The translations under genes and the position numbers were made by a program. Source: an uncultured virus (IMG/VR IMGVR_UViG_3300031088_000740) (lineage: Duplodnaviria; Heunggongvirae; Uroviricota; Caudoviricetes). Taken from it: DNA of 64,000 nucleotides. Below the pieces are notes generated by a model. That model searched no databases and had not been told where the DNA came from. It worked only from the letters and a program-made list of their open reading frames with translations. Shown piece by piece: positions 28,822-38,781 of the stretch (position 1 is the stretch's first letter; each line of letters opens with the position of its first letter). Location: IMG/VR virus record IMGVR_UViG_3300031088_000740, one strand, 5' to 3'.

Positions 28822-29424
28822 TTACTTGCCAGTCAACCAGTTGCGCTTAGGCTTATTGCTCGCTGAATTACCAGCGGGCGATTTTGCTGTCTTCTTACCA
28901 CGAGGCGCACGCTCCTTACGCGAACGACCCTTCTTCCCATCAGAAGCCTCTTCTTCGCCATCAGCAGGAATCTCACCGCGCTCAATAGCAGCCGCACGAG
29001 CCGCAGCCTCAGCAGCAGCCTGTTGCGCAGCAGCAAGATCATCAGCAGATAGCTCAGCGTCATGACCACGCTCAGTAATCAAGCGACGAATCTCCAACTG
29101 GTCAACCGTGTTGAACCTGTTGATAGAAGCGAGAAGTAGTGTCCGGAGAACCCAGTCAGGAGCAATTGAAATCGTCTGCTTGGCTAGATCGACACAATCC
29201 TCAGAATGAAGACCCACGATGACATTCTCCAAAAGATCAAACGTCTTCGTCCCATCGGGGATCTTCTTTACCGTGTGTCGCTTTGCCGCCATGAGCGAAA
29301 GAGCGCGAAGCTCATCACCGTCCATGCTCTCGACAAGATTGAAAGCGTCCTGCTTATTGTCCTTGATAGACCACACATCCAAGCTCTCAAGCTTGTAGTG
29401 CAAGTCCCGGAAATCTACAGCCAT
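28822..29424 (-). CDS. hypothetical protein with Ala-rich and basic C-terminal tail
   Basis: 200 aa; GAAGGG RBS. Confidence 0.65.
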   Translation of the reverse strand: MAVDFRDLHYKLESLDVWSIKDNKQDAFNLVESMDGDELRALSLMAAKRHTVKKIPDGTKTFDLLENVIVGLHSEDCVDLAKQTISIAPDWVLRTLLLASINRFNTVDQLEIRRLITERGHDAELSADDLAAAQQAAAEAAARAAAIERGEIPADGEEEASDGKKGRSRKERAPRGKKTAKSPAGNSASNKPKRNWLTGK

Positions 29425-29664
29425 TATTCACCCTTCAACTGGCATACACACGGATAGTAGCACGCACGATGAGGGCGCACAAGCAATTGGACCTACTTAC
29501 CATAACCACGAAATCGGCTAGATTAACGTTGGTTAACGGCGCATCGGGGTGCCGACAAAAGATTCTGGCTCTTGGTTGTAGTTAATACGGAAATGGCTAG
29601 AACACCTCTCCCTCCAGACCCCCGAAATCCCTTAATCCGGCACCCCGAAATCACCCGGGATAAT

Positions 29665-30186
29665 TCACCAACGAGGAACCGACTCTTCGAAATCAACAGT
29701 GCTGAAATCGAACGTATACGTCCCATCATCATTATCCTCAACCAACCCTGTAGCGAGTGCCTTGCCAAGCTCAACATGATCCAGAGCGTGAGCCAGTGCG
29801 GCTACACCCTCACTCTCTCCATCCACATATTCTGCATACACCTCTCCTGCGGCTGCATCAACAACAGTAGTGATGACGGACTGTCCTTCATCCCCGAACT
29901 CAAAAGTAATAGCGCGGGGTGAGTCACCATCAAACAGAAGCTTCGTGTCATCAATAAGCGTCGTGAGCACAGCACGATTACCTTCACGTAGGTAATCATT
30001 CGAGCGCGAAGCAATCAAACTGTTCAGCTTCGAGATGCGGTCAGGCGAGGTGAAAGTCTCAGTAGCCTTGTGAACGGTGGTCTGCTTTCCATTCTTGTCC
30101 ACGATGGGAGTGGCAACGGTAGAACCAGAACCACCCTTGGACTTGTAATTAGGCTTAGGGTTGTACTTGGGCTTGTATTCAGGCAT
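29665..30186 (-). CDS. DKNG-tag protein
   Basis: MPEYKPK...ATPIVDKNGKQTTVHK; GGAGAAG RBS. Confidence 0.75.
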   Translation of the reverse strand: MPEYKPKYNPKPNYKSKGGSGSTVATPIVDKNGKQTTVHKATETFTSPDRISKLNSLIASRSNDYLREGNRAVLTTLIDDTKLLFDGDSPRAITFEFGDEGQSVITTVVDAAAGEVYAEYVDGESEGVAALAHALDHVELGKALATGLVEDNDDGTYTFDFSTVDFEESVPRW

Positions 30187-30275
30187 GTGTTCTTCTCCAT
30201 GAAGTGTAGTGAGCATCTCTACGACGCTCTGTAAGGGTTTGGGATAGTGCGGGTGGTACGAGAGTCCGCTAAGGG

Positions 30276-30779
30276 CTAGCGAGACCTGTGTGCTTCTACT
30301 ACGTCGTCTATGAGGTTGAGCTTTACCTCGAACAGACCCCACGCAAGAGGTGCCTCCTTGACATAGCCAGACTCATTACCTCGGGTGTAGTCAAAGTTAC
30401 GGAGTGCTCGGGTGAGTGAGTCAACTTCGCTCCCATCTACGTCACTTGGTTCATCTACGGAATAAAGAGTCTTTCCGTTCTTGTCAAACACGCCGGTAAT
30501 CTCTTCGAAGTCATCAGCATCTTCGTTTAGACCCACACAGAAGCTCTCGGCTCCCGGGAACACAACACGAAAGTCATGTGAGAGATCAGACAAGAAAGCG
30601 TCTTGCTTAGCTTCTATCTGCTCTGGCGTGGTAGCGAAAACGAATGGTCTGCTACCACTAAGGCGAAGGTTGCGAGAGTCGTCTTGGTCTTGTGACTTAT
30701 GTACGGTGGTTGTCTTCCCATTCTTATCAACAATCTGGGTGGGCACCTTAGGTCCACGGGTGGGGTTCTTTCCTGGCAT
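30276..30779 (-). CDS. DKNG-tag protein
   Basis: PTQIVDKNGKTTTVHK; AAGGAG RBS. Confidence 0.8.
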   Translation of the reverse strand: MPGKNPTRGPKVPTQIVDKNGKTTTVHKSQDQDDSRNLRLSGSRPFVFATTPEQIEAKQDAFLSDLSHDFRVVFPGAESFCVGLNEDADDFEEITGVFDKNGKTLYSVDEPSDVDGSEVDSLTRALRNFDYTRGNESGYVKEAPLAWGLFEVKLNLIDDVVEAHRSR

Positions 30780-30805
30780 GAGTGATTCTCCTTAGGGATG
30801 GATGG

Positions 30806-31249
30806 TTAGTTCTGGGATGACACGTATGCGTCAACGGATAGGAAGTCGATAAGCAGATGACCTTCATGGGAGTCATGCGTGATATAGCCACCAACAAGAC
30901 CAAGCTCATGGTCGAGTTCATCAATGCTTCGCTGTACGGCGTTCTGCGGGGATGAATAACCACTCTGGTACGTGTGGAGTCTTGTACCGTCTACGTCCTG
31001 CACAGTGACAGAGGCGGTGTATGGGTCAAGGATGAGACGGGCAGCTTCGGGGTAATCAGTTCTGCACTCAGACGATATGGTCGAAAGGTGCATCATCTGA
31101 GCGTCGAAGTAATCGTCAGGGGTGATAACGGGGTTGTAGCGACTGAGGGTGTTTATTCGTGAGCGGCTAGGCGCGAAGACGGGACTCTTGTGAACGGTAG
31201 TGTATTTACCGTTCTTGTCGATGACCTGGGTGGGGATTTTCTGATCCAT
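30806..31249 (-). CDS. DKNG-tag protein
   Basis: MDQKIPTQVIDKNGKYTTVHK; AGGAGGG RBS. Confidence 0.75.
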   Translation of the reverse strand: MDQKIPTQVIDKNGKYTTVHKSPVFAPSRSRINTLSRYNPVITPDDYFDAQMMHLSTISSECRTDYPEAARLILDPYTASVTVQDVDGTRLHTYQSGYSSPQNAVQRSIDELDHELGLVGGYITHDSHEGHLLIDFLSVDAYVSSQN

Positions 31250-31386
31250 CACGAACCCTCCTGTACATCCAATTGTACCGGCAGTGGGTGACACCATAAA
31301 TCTAAGTCCGAAAAGAGCGATGGCGGGGGTGGTTAGCCCTAGAATGATGACCGACCCGATACACCACTTGCCGAAAGAGGAAACCA

Positions 31387-31812
31387 ATGGCTAGGAATGC
31401 CGCGAAGAAAGAGCTACGGAGCTTTGAGAACAGCGAGCGTAATCAGCGCACCAAGGACGGATTCAGATTCGCCGGAGCAGGAGCGGCAAGCGTCTGGACC
31501 TACCCCTTGGTACTCATCCTCTGCTTCGTCATCAACGCCTTTACCACCGGTCTCCCTGAATTCGAGAAGAACAACGCTGCTATGGGCGCACAGAGCGTCA
31601 GTCAACTCACGTTCTTCTACGCCAGCATGGTCCCTGGTGCTGTCCTCGCAGTCGCCGGTATCTTCCTCGTCAAGGGTCGTTGGTGGAGCATCGTCGGTGG
31701 AGCGTTGACATGGTTCCTGAATCCCTACACAACGATGCTCCTCCTTCTCCCCACCGTCAGCGCCATCCCCGGCTGGTTCAGTGACTTGACCGCCCAGCTA
31801 TTCAGTAGCTAA
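31387..31812 (+). CDS. membrane protein
   Basis: several TMs; RWWS...FLNPY similar to 37506-37868. Confidence 0.65.
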   Translation: MARNAAKKELRSFENSERNQRTKDGFRFAGAGAASVWTYPLVLILCFVINAFTTGLPEFEKNNAAMGAQSVSQLTFFYASMVPGAVLAVAGIFLVKGRWWSIVGGALTWFLNPYTTMLLLLPTVSAIPGWFSDLTAQLFSS

Positions 31813-31822
31813 GACCAGAACA

Positions 31823-31862
31823 AAGAAACCCCCTGAGCAGATATTCACTCAGGGGGTTTCTT
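31823..31862. terminator. bidirectional terminator
   Basis: AAGAAACCCCCTGAG-loop-CTCAGGGGGTTTCTT. Confidence 0.85.
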
Positions 31863-31879
31863 ATGTGGTGGGTAGGTAG

Positions 31880-32518
31880 TTACCCGATGCCGTTCAGTGC
31901 GAAGTCATCACGGTGCCGCCAGTCCGCCGAAGTGGTGACGTGACCTGCCCGGACGAACTTGGCAACCTTGCTACGGAAGTCCTTCTCCGCAATCGTTCCA
32001 GCATCTCGCAGAACAAAGCCCTCGGAAACGGTAGTGTCCTTCTGCTTCTCCCATGCAGCCACAGCCTCATCGAAGTCATCGCCCCGGTACAGGGTGGGAA
32101 CAACCGGAAGACCAAGCTCAGCAGCAAACTCCTCAGTGAAGTCCCAATCAAGCAGTTCATCCTTGTCATCCCAGACACCAAAGACCATGTAGAAACCCGG
32201 TAGGGAGTCATAGCCGACGCTACGACGGGCGTAGAGGCTCTCACCGGACACTCGCCAGCCTTCGGGAATCTGAAAGCGCACAGAAGCCCACAGCGCCTTA
32301 GCGGGGGTATCCCACGAGTGGGTTCCCGAGTCAAGCGAACGAGCGAAGAAGTGGTTACGAGTCATGGTGACGTTTCCGCCGTCCATCTTCTCGGTCACCA
32401 AGAACTCACTCGCGCTACGGAGCGTGTCAAGACCTGACTTGGTGATGAACTTGTCATCGGACGTAGCACCCGGGGAAGTCGGCAGGTGTGCCGTACGGGG
32501 ATACTTTTTGTTCTCCAT
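31880..32518 (-). CDS. ATP-dependent RNA ligase (Rnl2-like adenylyltransferase domain)
   Basis: KYPRTAHL, TEKMDG (motif I), GES, EGFVLR, AKFVR. Confidence 0.85.
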   Translation of the reverse strand: MENKKYPRTAHLPTSPGATSDDKFITKSGLDTLRSASEFLVTEKMDGGNVTMTRNHFFARSLDSGTHSWDTPAKALWASVRFQIPEGWRVSGESLYARRSVGYDSLPGFYMVFGVWDDKDELLDWDFTEEFAAELGLPVVPTLYRGDDFDEAVAAWEKQKDTTVSEGFVLRDAGTIAEKDFRSKVAKFVRAGHVTTSADWRHRDDFALNGIG

Positions 32519-32644
32519 GATCGCCTCCTAACATCGGTGAATAAGTACAGTCGTAACACTACCAGTAGAAATTAAGTCATGTCAAGTTGTCTTGCTTAAC
32601 ACATAGAGGCGTGCTAACTTGATAGACGGAAGGAGTGTCTATTC

Positions 32645-33826
32645 ATGGATTCAGTAGTCATCAACGAGCGCTACACGCTGGTGTGGTCTGACGGTCATGC
32701 TTCTTTCGTGTCGGATGAAGAAGATCGTAATCAGTCGATAATGCCGTATCTTGTGAATGGTATGTTCGGTTCGTACTTCCGCGATGAAGCCATCTTTGAG
32801 CAGTGCAAAGCCTTCATGGAGGCGCATGGTATCCCCCGTGAGATGGCAGCAAATGTCCAAGAGTCCGACGCTTACAGCAGTGACGAAGCAAGCCAGGTAG
32901 GCGTTGGAATTGTCATGAACATCTTCCCGGTGTTCTGCGAGTTGTTCCCAAGTCAGCGTATGAGTGATGGTTACTACGGCACACACCCGGTCTTCTCTGA
33001 AAAGATCGTTCGCGCCTGTGCTGCACGGAAAATCAGAGACTTCACAGAGATTCTCTTCGGTGAATACCGCAAGGATCTTGTCAAGCTCCTTGTGTCCAAT
33101 GTTCACTGTCAGGATATCTTTTGGCTGAGCTTGTTCGCCGGTCATGTACCGGCAGAGTGGATAATTGCCGCCATGAACGACACCACCAAGCTCCCCATGT
33201 CGTTTGGCTCGTACGTCGAGGTGTCACACATGGACAACCTTCTGTCACGACTTACCCCTTACGAATGCCGCCGTCTCATGACACCTGCTAGTAAAGACCC
33301 TACGGATATCACCGAAGCGTCACGAATCCTCAGTGCTATCCCCGAGCCGCTCATCAGTCTTCCGAACAAGAGAGACGCTGAGTCTCTTCACAATCACTTC
33401 ACTCTCGTCTCTAAGGGTTCATCCCTTGAAGCCAACTTCGATATCCCTGACGTTATCGCCAACCTCGACAATGCATCATTCGATGGTCTCACCGCCTCTG
33501 TGCTTCCTACAGCGGCTGATTATCGTCATGTGGGTGAGGTGATGGATAACTGTGCGGGAACGGCTGTATACGCCGTCAACGCCTTGGAGAACAAGGGTTA
33601 CCTCGTCAAGTTCGGCAATGATGAGGTGACATACAAGTACCTACTTGAGTTACAGGTACGTCATGAGACACAATGGTCTGTGAAGCAGTTGTACGGCGTG
33701 AAGAACTCCAAGCTTCCAGAAGATGACCTCAAAGCCATCAACCAGTTCCTGACCGAATCAATACCAGAAATCACACTCGGCGGCGTAGTCAACAACCGCC
33801 CTAACATCGATGGGATACAGATATGA
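32645..33826 (+). CDS. hypothetical protein with possible C-terminal PcfJ-like domain
   Basis: GEVMDNCAG..Y...ELQ...QLYGVKN; promoter TTGCTT-N17-TAACTT and AAGGAG RBS. Confidence 0.55.
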   Translation: MDSVVINERYTLVWSDGHASFVSDEEDRNQSIMPYLVNGMFGSYFRDEAIFEQCKAFMEAHGIPREMAANVQESDAYSSDEASQVGVGIVMNIFPVFCELFPSQRMSDGYYGTHPVFSEKIVRACAARKIRDFTEILFGEYRKDLVKLLVSNVHCQDIFWLSLFAGHVPAEWIIAAMNDTTKLPMSFGSYVEVSHMDNLLSRLTPYECRRLMTPASKDPTDITEASRILSAIPEPLISLPNKRDAESLHNHFTLVSKGSSLEANFDIPDVIANLDNASFDGLTASVLPTAADYRHVGEVMDNCAGTAVYAVNALENKGYLVKFGNDEVTYKYLLELQVRHETQWSVKQLYGVKNSKLPEDDLKAINQFLTESIPEITLGGVVNNRPNIDGIQI

Positions 33827-34191
33827 GCAAGGCAGTAGTAGACAAGCTCGTCATGCGCGACTCGGGTGAAGACCTGTACGAGGACATCGTTGAGGCGTGG
33901 GAGGCGGTCGTTCAGGAGAACACCGATGAGCTACACCTCGTCACCGCATCTCAGCGCGAAAGCTGGCTGAGGTTCCGTCAGTCGTACACCGAGCAGATCA
34001 TCGCTCTTGGTGAGGCTGGCGCTAACGGTTCGTGGAACATGAAGGCTCTGGAAGGTGTCATCAGTCGGTTGCAGGGTGCGACCCACAAAGACCGGTCCAC
34101 CCTCGAAGCGGAGTTCTCCGACAAGAGCCGCGAAGAGCGTTCCAAGCACACCAAGGGTCTCGTCAACCGTTTGAAGAACCTACTCGGTTAG
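33823..34191 (+). CDS. hypothetical protein
   Basis: ATGA overlap with the upstream gene; terminator at 34198-34231. Confidence 0.65.
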   Translation: MSKAVVDKLVMRDSGEDLYEDIVEAWEAVVQENTDELHLVTASQRESWLRFRQSYTEQIIALGEAGANGSWNMKALEGVISRLQGATHKDRSTLEAEFSDKSREERSKHTKGLVNRLKNLLG

Positions 34192-34234
34192 CAACGTCAA
34201 AGCCCCGGACTGAACATGGTCCGGGGCTTTGTGC

Positions 34235-34666
34235 TTAGATGAGCTTCGAGTGTTGCTTCTTCGCCTTATCTGGGAGGAACGTCATCATGCTGCGAGGCAG
34301 TGTCCTGTAGGTGTCGTCAGTGTCAAGGATTCTGAATGTGCTGTTCTCTTCGTACGAAATGACACGGACCTTGCGACCTCGGAAAAGAGCGTACCGAGGC
34401 ATGGTGTCCGGTTTTCCCTCGTAACCTTTCGGAGAGACTGACACAGGAGTAGAAGTCTCAGCTTCATCGTCCTCCATGTCAGAGAAAAGGTCAAAGCTAC
34501 CTTGGGTGCTCAACACCGGCTGACTGGCGCTCAGACGACTTGTACCGGCTTGGTAGCCACGGGACTGGTATCGGTGACTCACGCAGTGTGTATCGCCTCC
34601 TGAGACCATATGACCGCAGGCACTACCTTTGGCTGTTCTGCCTTGGCAAGGTCTCGAAGTGGTCAT
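34235..34666 (-). CDS. hypothetical protein with N-terminal Cys/His zinc-knuckle
   Basis: CQGRTAKGSAC...HCVSH; TAAACT-N6-ATG. Confidence 0.6.
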   Translation of the reverse strand: MTTSRPCQGRTAKGSACGHMVSGGDTHCVSHRYQSRGYQAGTSRLSASQPVLSTQGSFDLFSDMEDDEAETSTPVSVSPKGYEGKPDTMPRYALFRGRKVRVISYEENSTFRILDTDDTYRTLPRSMMTFLPDKAKKQHSKLI

Positions 34667-34693
34667 GTACCCAGTTTAGCGGAAAGGTACGAC

Positions 34694-35542
34694 TTACTCG
34701 ATAAGGAAGTCCGCATAGAGACCGTAATGGTCAGAGATGGTGAGTCCATCATGATCGGTGCTATCAGCCCATCGGCGGCAGAGCAGCGGAGAACCGGTCT
34801 TGCCATACGTGTATCCGAACGCCTTGATATAGTCAATCCTTCGAGGCGGAACCAACTCAGGGTAGCGAATACCAACAGAGCGTGCAGTTGAGCGGGCAAA
34901 CTCGTTATCTACCCGCGAAGTCATCTCTTCCTCAGGAAGACCAACGGTGTCATAGGCATCTACCCAAAGAGTTGATGACACGCCTAGTGCAGTCTTGCCA
35001 TCGAGATATCGATTCATGTCCGAATCCGGTGTTGTATTGAAGTCACCACCGACAATGATAAGAGCATCAGAGTGGGAGTCTTTGATCCTACGCGCGTATT
35101 TGTCTATGCTCGCTGCCTGCTGCTGACGGAGTATTTCGTTGTCTCCACCCCATGCAAAATGAGAACTGATGACATCTACGCGATTACCGTGAACTTCGGT
35201 CGTGATGGCGATAGAGGGAATCTCTTTGGATGTGCTGACCGGACCAATCACCCGAGAGCTTGCGATTGCAGTCTTTGAGAGGATGACGTTACCGGACGTG
35301 ATACCTTCATATTTCGTTGGCACTCGATCACCAAAGACGTACCCTGCGAGCTTCAAATCACGTTGGATGCAGTGAGGTAGATTGAACGGTGTCTCCTTCA
35401 TCACCTCTTGAAGACAGATGATGTCAGGCTGAATTTCAAGCAGTTCATCAATAATGAGACTTCCGCGCTCCGACAACAACTTGGGGTTGTTCAGTGTGTT
35501 GAGGGTTGCAACCCGGATCTTCTTGTGCTCATCATCGGTCAT
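34694..35542 (-). CDS. endonuclease/exonuclease/phosphatase (EEP) family
   Basis: TLN, LQE, GDFN, RIDY, SDH motifs. Confidence 0.9.
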   Translation of the reverse strand: MTDDEHKKIRVATLNTLNNPKLLSERGSLIIDELLEIQPDIICLQEVMKETPFNLPHCIQRDLKLAGYVFGDRVPTKYEGITSGNVILSKTAIASSRVIGPVSTSKEIPSIAITTEVHGNRVDVISSHFAWGGDNEILRQQQAASIDKYARRIKDSHSDALIIVGGDFNTTPDSDMNRYLDGKTALGVSSTLWVDAYDTVGLPEEEMTSRVDNEFARSTARSVGIRYPELVPPRRIDYIKAFGYTYGKTGSPLLCRRWADSTDHDGLTISDHYGLYADFLIE

Positions 35543-35689
35543 GACGTGATTTTAGCAAACACAAAGGGTCTAGCCGATGTTACTCAACTAGACCCTTGTG
35601 CGTTGCCCTATCAGAAAGGAATAATGGAAACCCAACCCCATTACCTATCTGCAAGTGTAGGGAAGAAGTGAACCTTTGTCAAGAGCTAT

Positions 35690-36493
35690 TTACTCACAAC
35701 CACACTGACCACCGGATGACTTCACCATGAAGCAATCGGTGCACACTTCGCCAACAGCTTCCTTACGAGCAGAAATGGCAGCAGCTTCACGAGCTTCACG
35801 CTTCTGCCTTGCGACAATCTCCAAAGCATCGGAGGTGAATCGAGACATGGTGTCCTGAGAGGAAGCAATATCTTCACCAAGGTCATCAGCTTCTGCCTGG
35901 TCACTCCATGAAGAGATGCAGGCAACACGACGGTCGATGGTTGAGTCAGCGTAGCCGTAGAGGCTACCTACGTACTTCCTAAGCTCTTCTTCGCCTTCCT
36001 GACGGTAGATCTGAACAAGGTCGAGGTTACCGATGGACTGAGCGAGGACATCCTGTCTCGTATCGGGATCGAGAGCTACGAACTCCTGACCTTTGCCGGT
36101 GAGTTCGTACTCGGGGAGACCGTCTTCTGAAACCTTCTCGGCAAGACCGAGGTAGACGATTGCGTCACCGTAGTAAGAACCAGCGCGGTCAGACTTGCTG
36201 TTGGACTCAACACCAAGAGCGATAGCTTCTGGTGTGGTTGCTCCGCGACCGATCATGTCAGCAACGGCAGCGACCTTGCTGAGGCTGTTTGCCTGAGGGA
36301 ACGGAGCATTCTCGTTAGGCTCCAACTCCAAGGTGCTAGCACCGTAATGGGGCTTGTATGACGTAGCGGATGCAATAGGCGTAACGACAGCGTTAGCGCG
36401 GGAGTTAGTGGGTGCAGGACCATCGAGGTTCTTGTGACGGGTAGATGCGCGTCCTAGTTTGTCAACGATTGGGGTAGCGACAAGATTAGACAT
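35690..36493 (-). CDS. DKNG-tag protein with probable winged-helix domain and C-terminal Cys cluster
   Basis: TPIVDKLGRASTRHK; FPQANS...YYGDAIVYLGL...YELTGKG...STIDRRVA; CTDC...C. Confidence 0.7.
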   Translation of the reverse strand: MSNLVATPIVDKLGRASTRHKNLDGPAPTNSRANAVVTPIASATSYKPHYGASTLELEPNENAPFPQANSLSKVAAVADMIGRGATTPEAIALGVESNSKSDRAGSYYGDAIVYLGLAEKVSEDGLPEYELTGKGQEFVALDPDTRQDVLAQSIGNLDLVQIYRQEGEEELRKYVGSLYGYADSTIDRRVACISSWSDQAEADDLGEDIASSQDTMSRFTSDALEIVARQKREAREAAAISARKEAVGEVCTDCFMVKSSGGQCGCE

Positions 36494-36570
36494 AAGGGGT
36501 GCCTTTCAAGAGGGTTAGTTACAGTGTACCTCTTGTGTATGACACCTTTCTTTCGACCTGACAAACAAGT

Positions 36571-37437
36571 TCAGTCAGGCAATCGGCAGATGATACCGAA
36601 GATGTCACTTGCGAGAACCTCATCGATGACAGCACTATCACCATCAGAGGCATAGCCAAAACGATAGACAGTCTCCGCTAGGGAGGTCATGTCCTTGCGC
36701 AGCGCGATGCTGGCTTTCTCGTACGAAAAAGGATCACCGGGTGTGACATAGCTCTGAGGTGTTGTATACCTATCGACGCGCGAGGCGTATAAGACGGCAG
36801 TCACAATCAACCATGACATGAACATGCGAGGGTTCTGTAAGTCATACGAACTGATACCACGAGCAACACGCTGCTCGTCATGGTCTATCTGCTGTGTGAA
36901 TTCCACGACTGTGGGATCGGGAAGAATAGAACGAGTGAACTCGACGGAGAAACAGTCCTCAGAAGCCGTACGCATCGCTCTGACGGCTTCCAATCCAGAC
37001 TGGTAGTCATCGTCCGAAATAGGCTGTTGCGAAAGACCACCAAAGGTGTCCGCGAAAGACTGAGCGAGCTTGGCTGACACGATCAGGCTACGTGCATTGC
37101 TTGTCTTGTGCCATGAATCCTTGTGCTTTCGGGTGCGGTAAAGCCTATCGAAGTTGTCATCCATGATGAAGTACTTGGTCAAACGCATCAAAGACGATGC
37201 TGCATCACGACGCTTCTCAGAAACGTCAGTCATCTCAAAGACGGCGGTTGCGGCGTAATTGAGGTAGGTCATCAGCGTGTAGCTGTACTCAGCCCGAAGG
37301 TCAGAATCAATGCAGTGCATCTGACGTTCGATGTCATTGAACGACTGAGATTCCGTGGATGACAACTGCTTACGCTTATGTGAATAGCGCTCTGCAATGA
37401 GCCTTTCATCGACAAAGAAAGCGTTCTCGCCACTCAT
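36571..37437 (-). CDS. hypothetical protein
   Basis: 288 aa ORF, GAGG RBS. Confidence 0.6.
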   Translation of the reverse strand: MSGENAFFVDERLIAERYSHKRKQLSSTESQSFNDIERQMHCIDSDLRAEYSYTLMTYLNYAATAVFEMTDVSEKRRDAASSLMRLTKYFIMDDNFDRLYRTRKHKDSWHKTSNARSLIVSAKLAQSFADTFGGLSQQPISDDDYQSGLEAVRAMRTASEDCFSVEFTRSILPDPTVVEFTQQIDHDEQRVARGISSYDLQNPRMFMSWLIVTAVLYASRVDRYTTPQSYVTPGDPFSYEKASIALRKDMTSLAETVYRFGYASDGDSAVIDEVLASDIFGIICRLPD

Positions 37438-37505
37438 TCTTCATCACCTCTTGTCTGTGTGCAGTACTATCACGATATCAGCGAACGGCGCAAAGGACAA
37501 ATGAC

Positions 37506-37868
37506 ATGAGTGACGGCGGATACGACTACACCAAACTGCCCAAGGTCAGCTATGACGACTACGACATCCCCGATGGTCGAACAGGGTGGAGCTTTCAGGA
37601 AACTGGACGTGTATCCATTCTGGCTTACATAGCAACTATCGTCATCTGTGTCATCATTGTCGGCAAGGGGCAGACCTCTTCTGATGTAAACCTTTTCGTA
37701 TCAATCGCCCTAGGCGTGTCCTTCTTGCCCGCAATCTTTGGCATTATCGGTCTGTTTAGAAAGCCCGGTAGATGGTGGTCACTGCTTACTCTCATCGCTA
37801 CCTTCGTCATCAACCCATTCCTCCTGGCAATTGTCTTCATTTTGTTTGCTGGTGTTGTTACTTTCTGA
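37506..37868 (+). CDS. membrane protein
   Basis: 3 TM; AAAGGA RBS. Confidence 0.65.
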   Translation: MSDGGYDYTKLPKVSYDDYDIPDGRTGWSFQETGRVSILAYIATIVICVIIVGKGQTSSDVNLFVSIALGVSFLPAIFGIIGLFRKPGRWWSLLTLIATFVINPFLLAIVFILFAGVVTF

Positions 37869-37929
37869 TGTTCTATGACGCGGTGGTACTAGAATGGGGC
37901 ACTGAAAGACCATTGGGTAGGTAATTCAC

Positions 37930-38382
37930 GTGAAAACCATCACTAAAAATCTCGTAACCGCAGAAGAACGACAGAGCTACATTGAAGCAAGGGTCGTTCC
38001 CTATATCCGCCACATGACATCAGAAGAAGTCAAGCAGGTCGCATTTGAACCAAAGCCTCGCGCACAAGAGGTTTTCCAAAGCGTAGCCATGATCATTGTC
38101 AAGCAGTCGGGTCGCCTTCCGGAACTAGCAAAGTACAGAAGGCTCATTCGTGATGCCATCTCACCGAAGTTTTCCGACTGGGAGAAGGAGCTAGCCAGCG
38201 AGTTACAGTGTGTCGCGACCTCAATCGTTCTCGCGGACCTCGTAGGTGAAGTGTTCGTCGGTGACGAAGAGTCTTACGACTTCAACGGGGTTGAGATCGA
38301 AGTCACTAATTCAATGGTCGAAATGGTCTGCCACACATGGAACGAAAAGACCTCACTGGCTGTAGTTGCTGAGCTTGTGTAG
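37930..38382 (+). CDS. hypothetical protein
   Basis: 150 aa ORF. Confidence 0.5.
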   Translation: MKTITKNLVTAEERQSYIEARVVPYIRHMTSEEVKQVAFEPKPRAQEVFQSVAMIIVKQSGRLPELAKYRRLIRDAISPKFSDWEKELASELQCVATSIVLADLVGEVFVGDEESYDFNGVEIEVTNSMVEMVCHTWNEKTSLAVVAELV

Positions 38383-38775
38383 CTCCATCCTGATGTACTT
38401 ACGAGTGGCACTCACCGAATAGCGCATCGTACGCCGTCTGCCTCTATCTGACAACACAAGAACACGGCGGTAGATCTTTCTCAGCGCACGTATTTCATCA
38501 GCTATCTCCATGACAGCAACCCAGCCGACTCCTGAATCAGAGCCGTATTCGCTCAACAAGTATGAATCATCGCTAGAGAGTTCGTTCATGATTTCGAGGT
38601 AGGTACGTGCTTTGGAACGCACGCCAAATAGCCTCTTCTTGGAGAACTTGTAGGTGGGGTGAATACCCAAAACGATTCTGAAGCTCAGTTCCTCATTCAT
38701 GTCCCGAAGCATGCTCACGCCATCATCAATCGCCTTCTGATGGCGCGATACATCGAAAGTGACCTGATTTGGCAT
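38353..38775 (-). CDS. hypothetical protein
   Basis: GAGGGG RBS; follows the phosphoesterase gene. Confidence 0.55.
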   Translation of the reverse strand: MPNQVTFDVSRHQKAIDDGVSMLRDMNEELSFRIVLGIHPTYKFSKKRLFGVRSKARTYLEIMNELSSDDSYLLSEYGSDSGVGWVAVMEIADEIRALRKIYRRVLVLSDRGRRRTMRYSVSATRKYIRMELHKLSNYSQ

Positions 38776-38781
38776 GACTGA

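Noticed and set aside
30460..30500. Internal VFDKNGKTLY as an extra tag copy
   Set aside because: It is internal and lacks the T-T-V-H-K half; DKNG alone is a common beta-turn.
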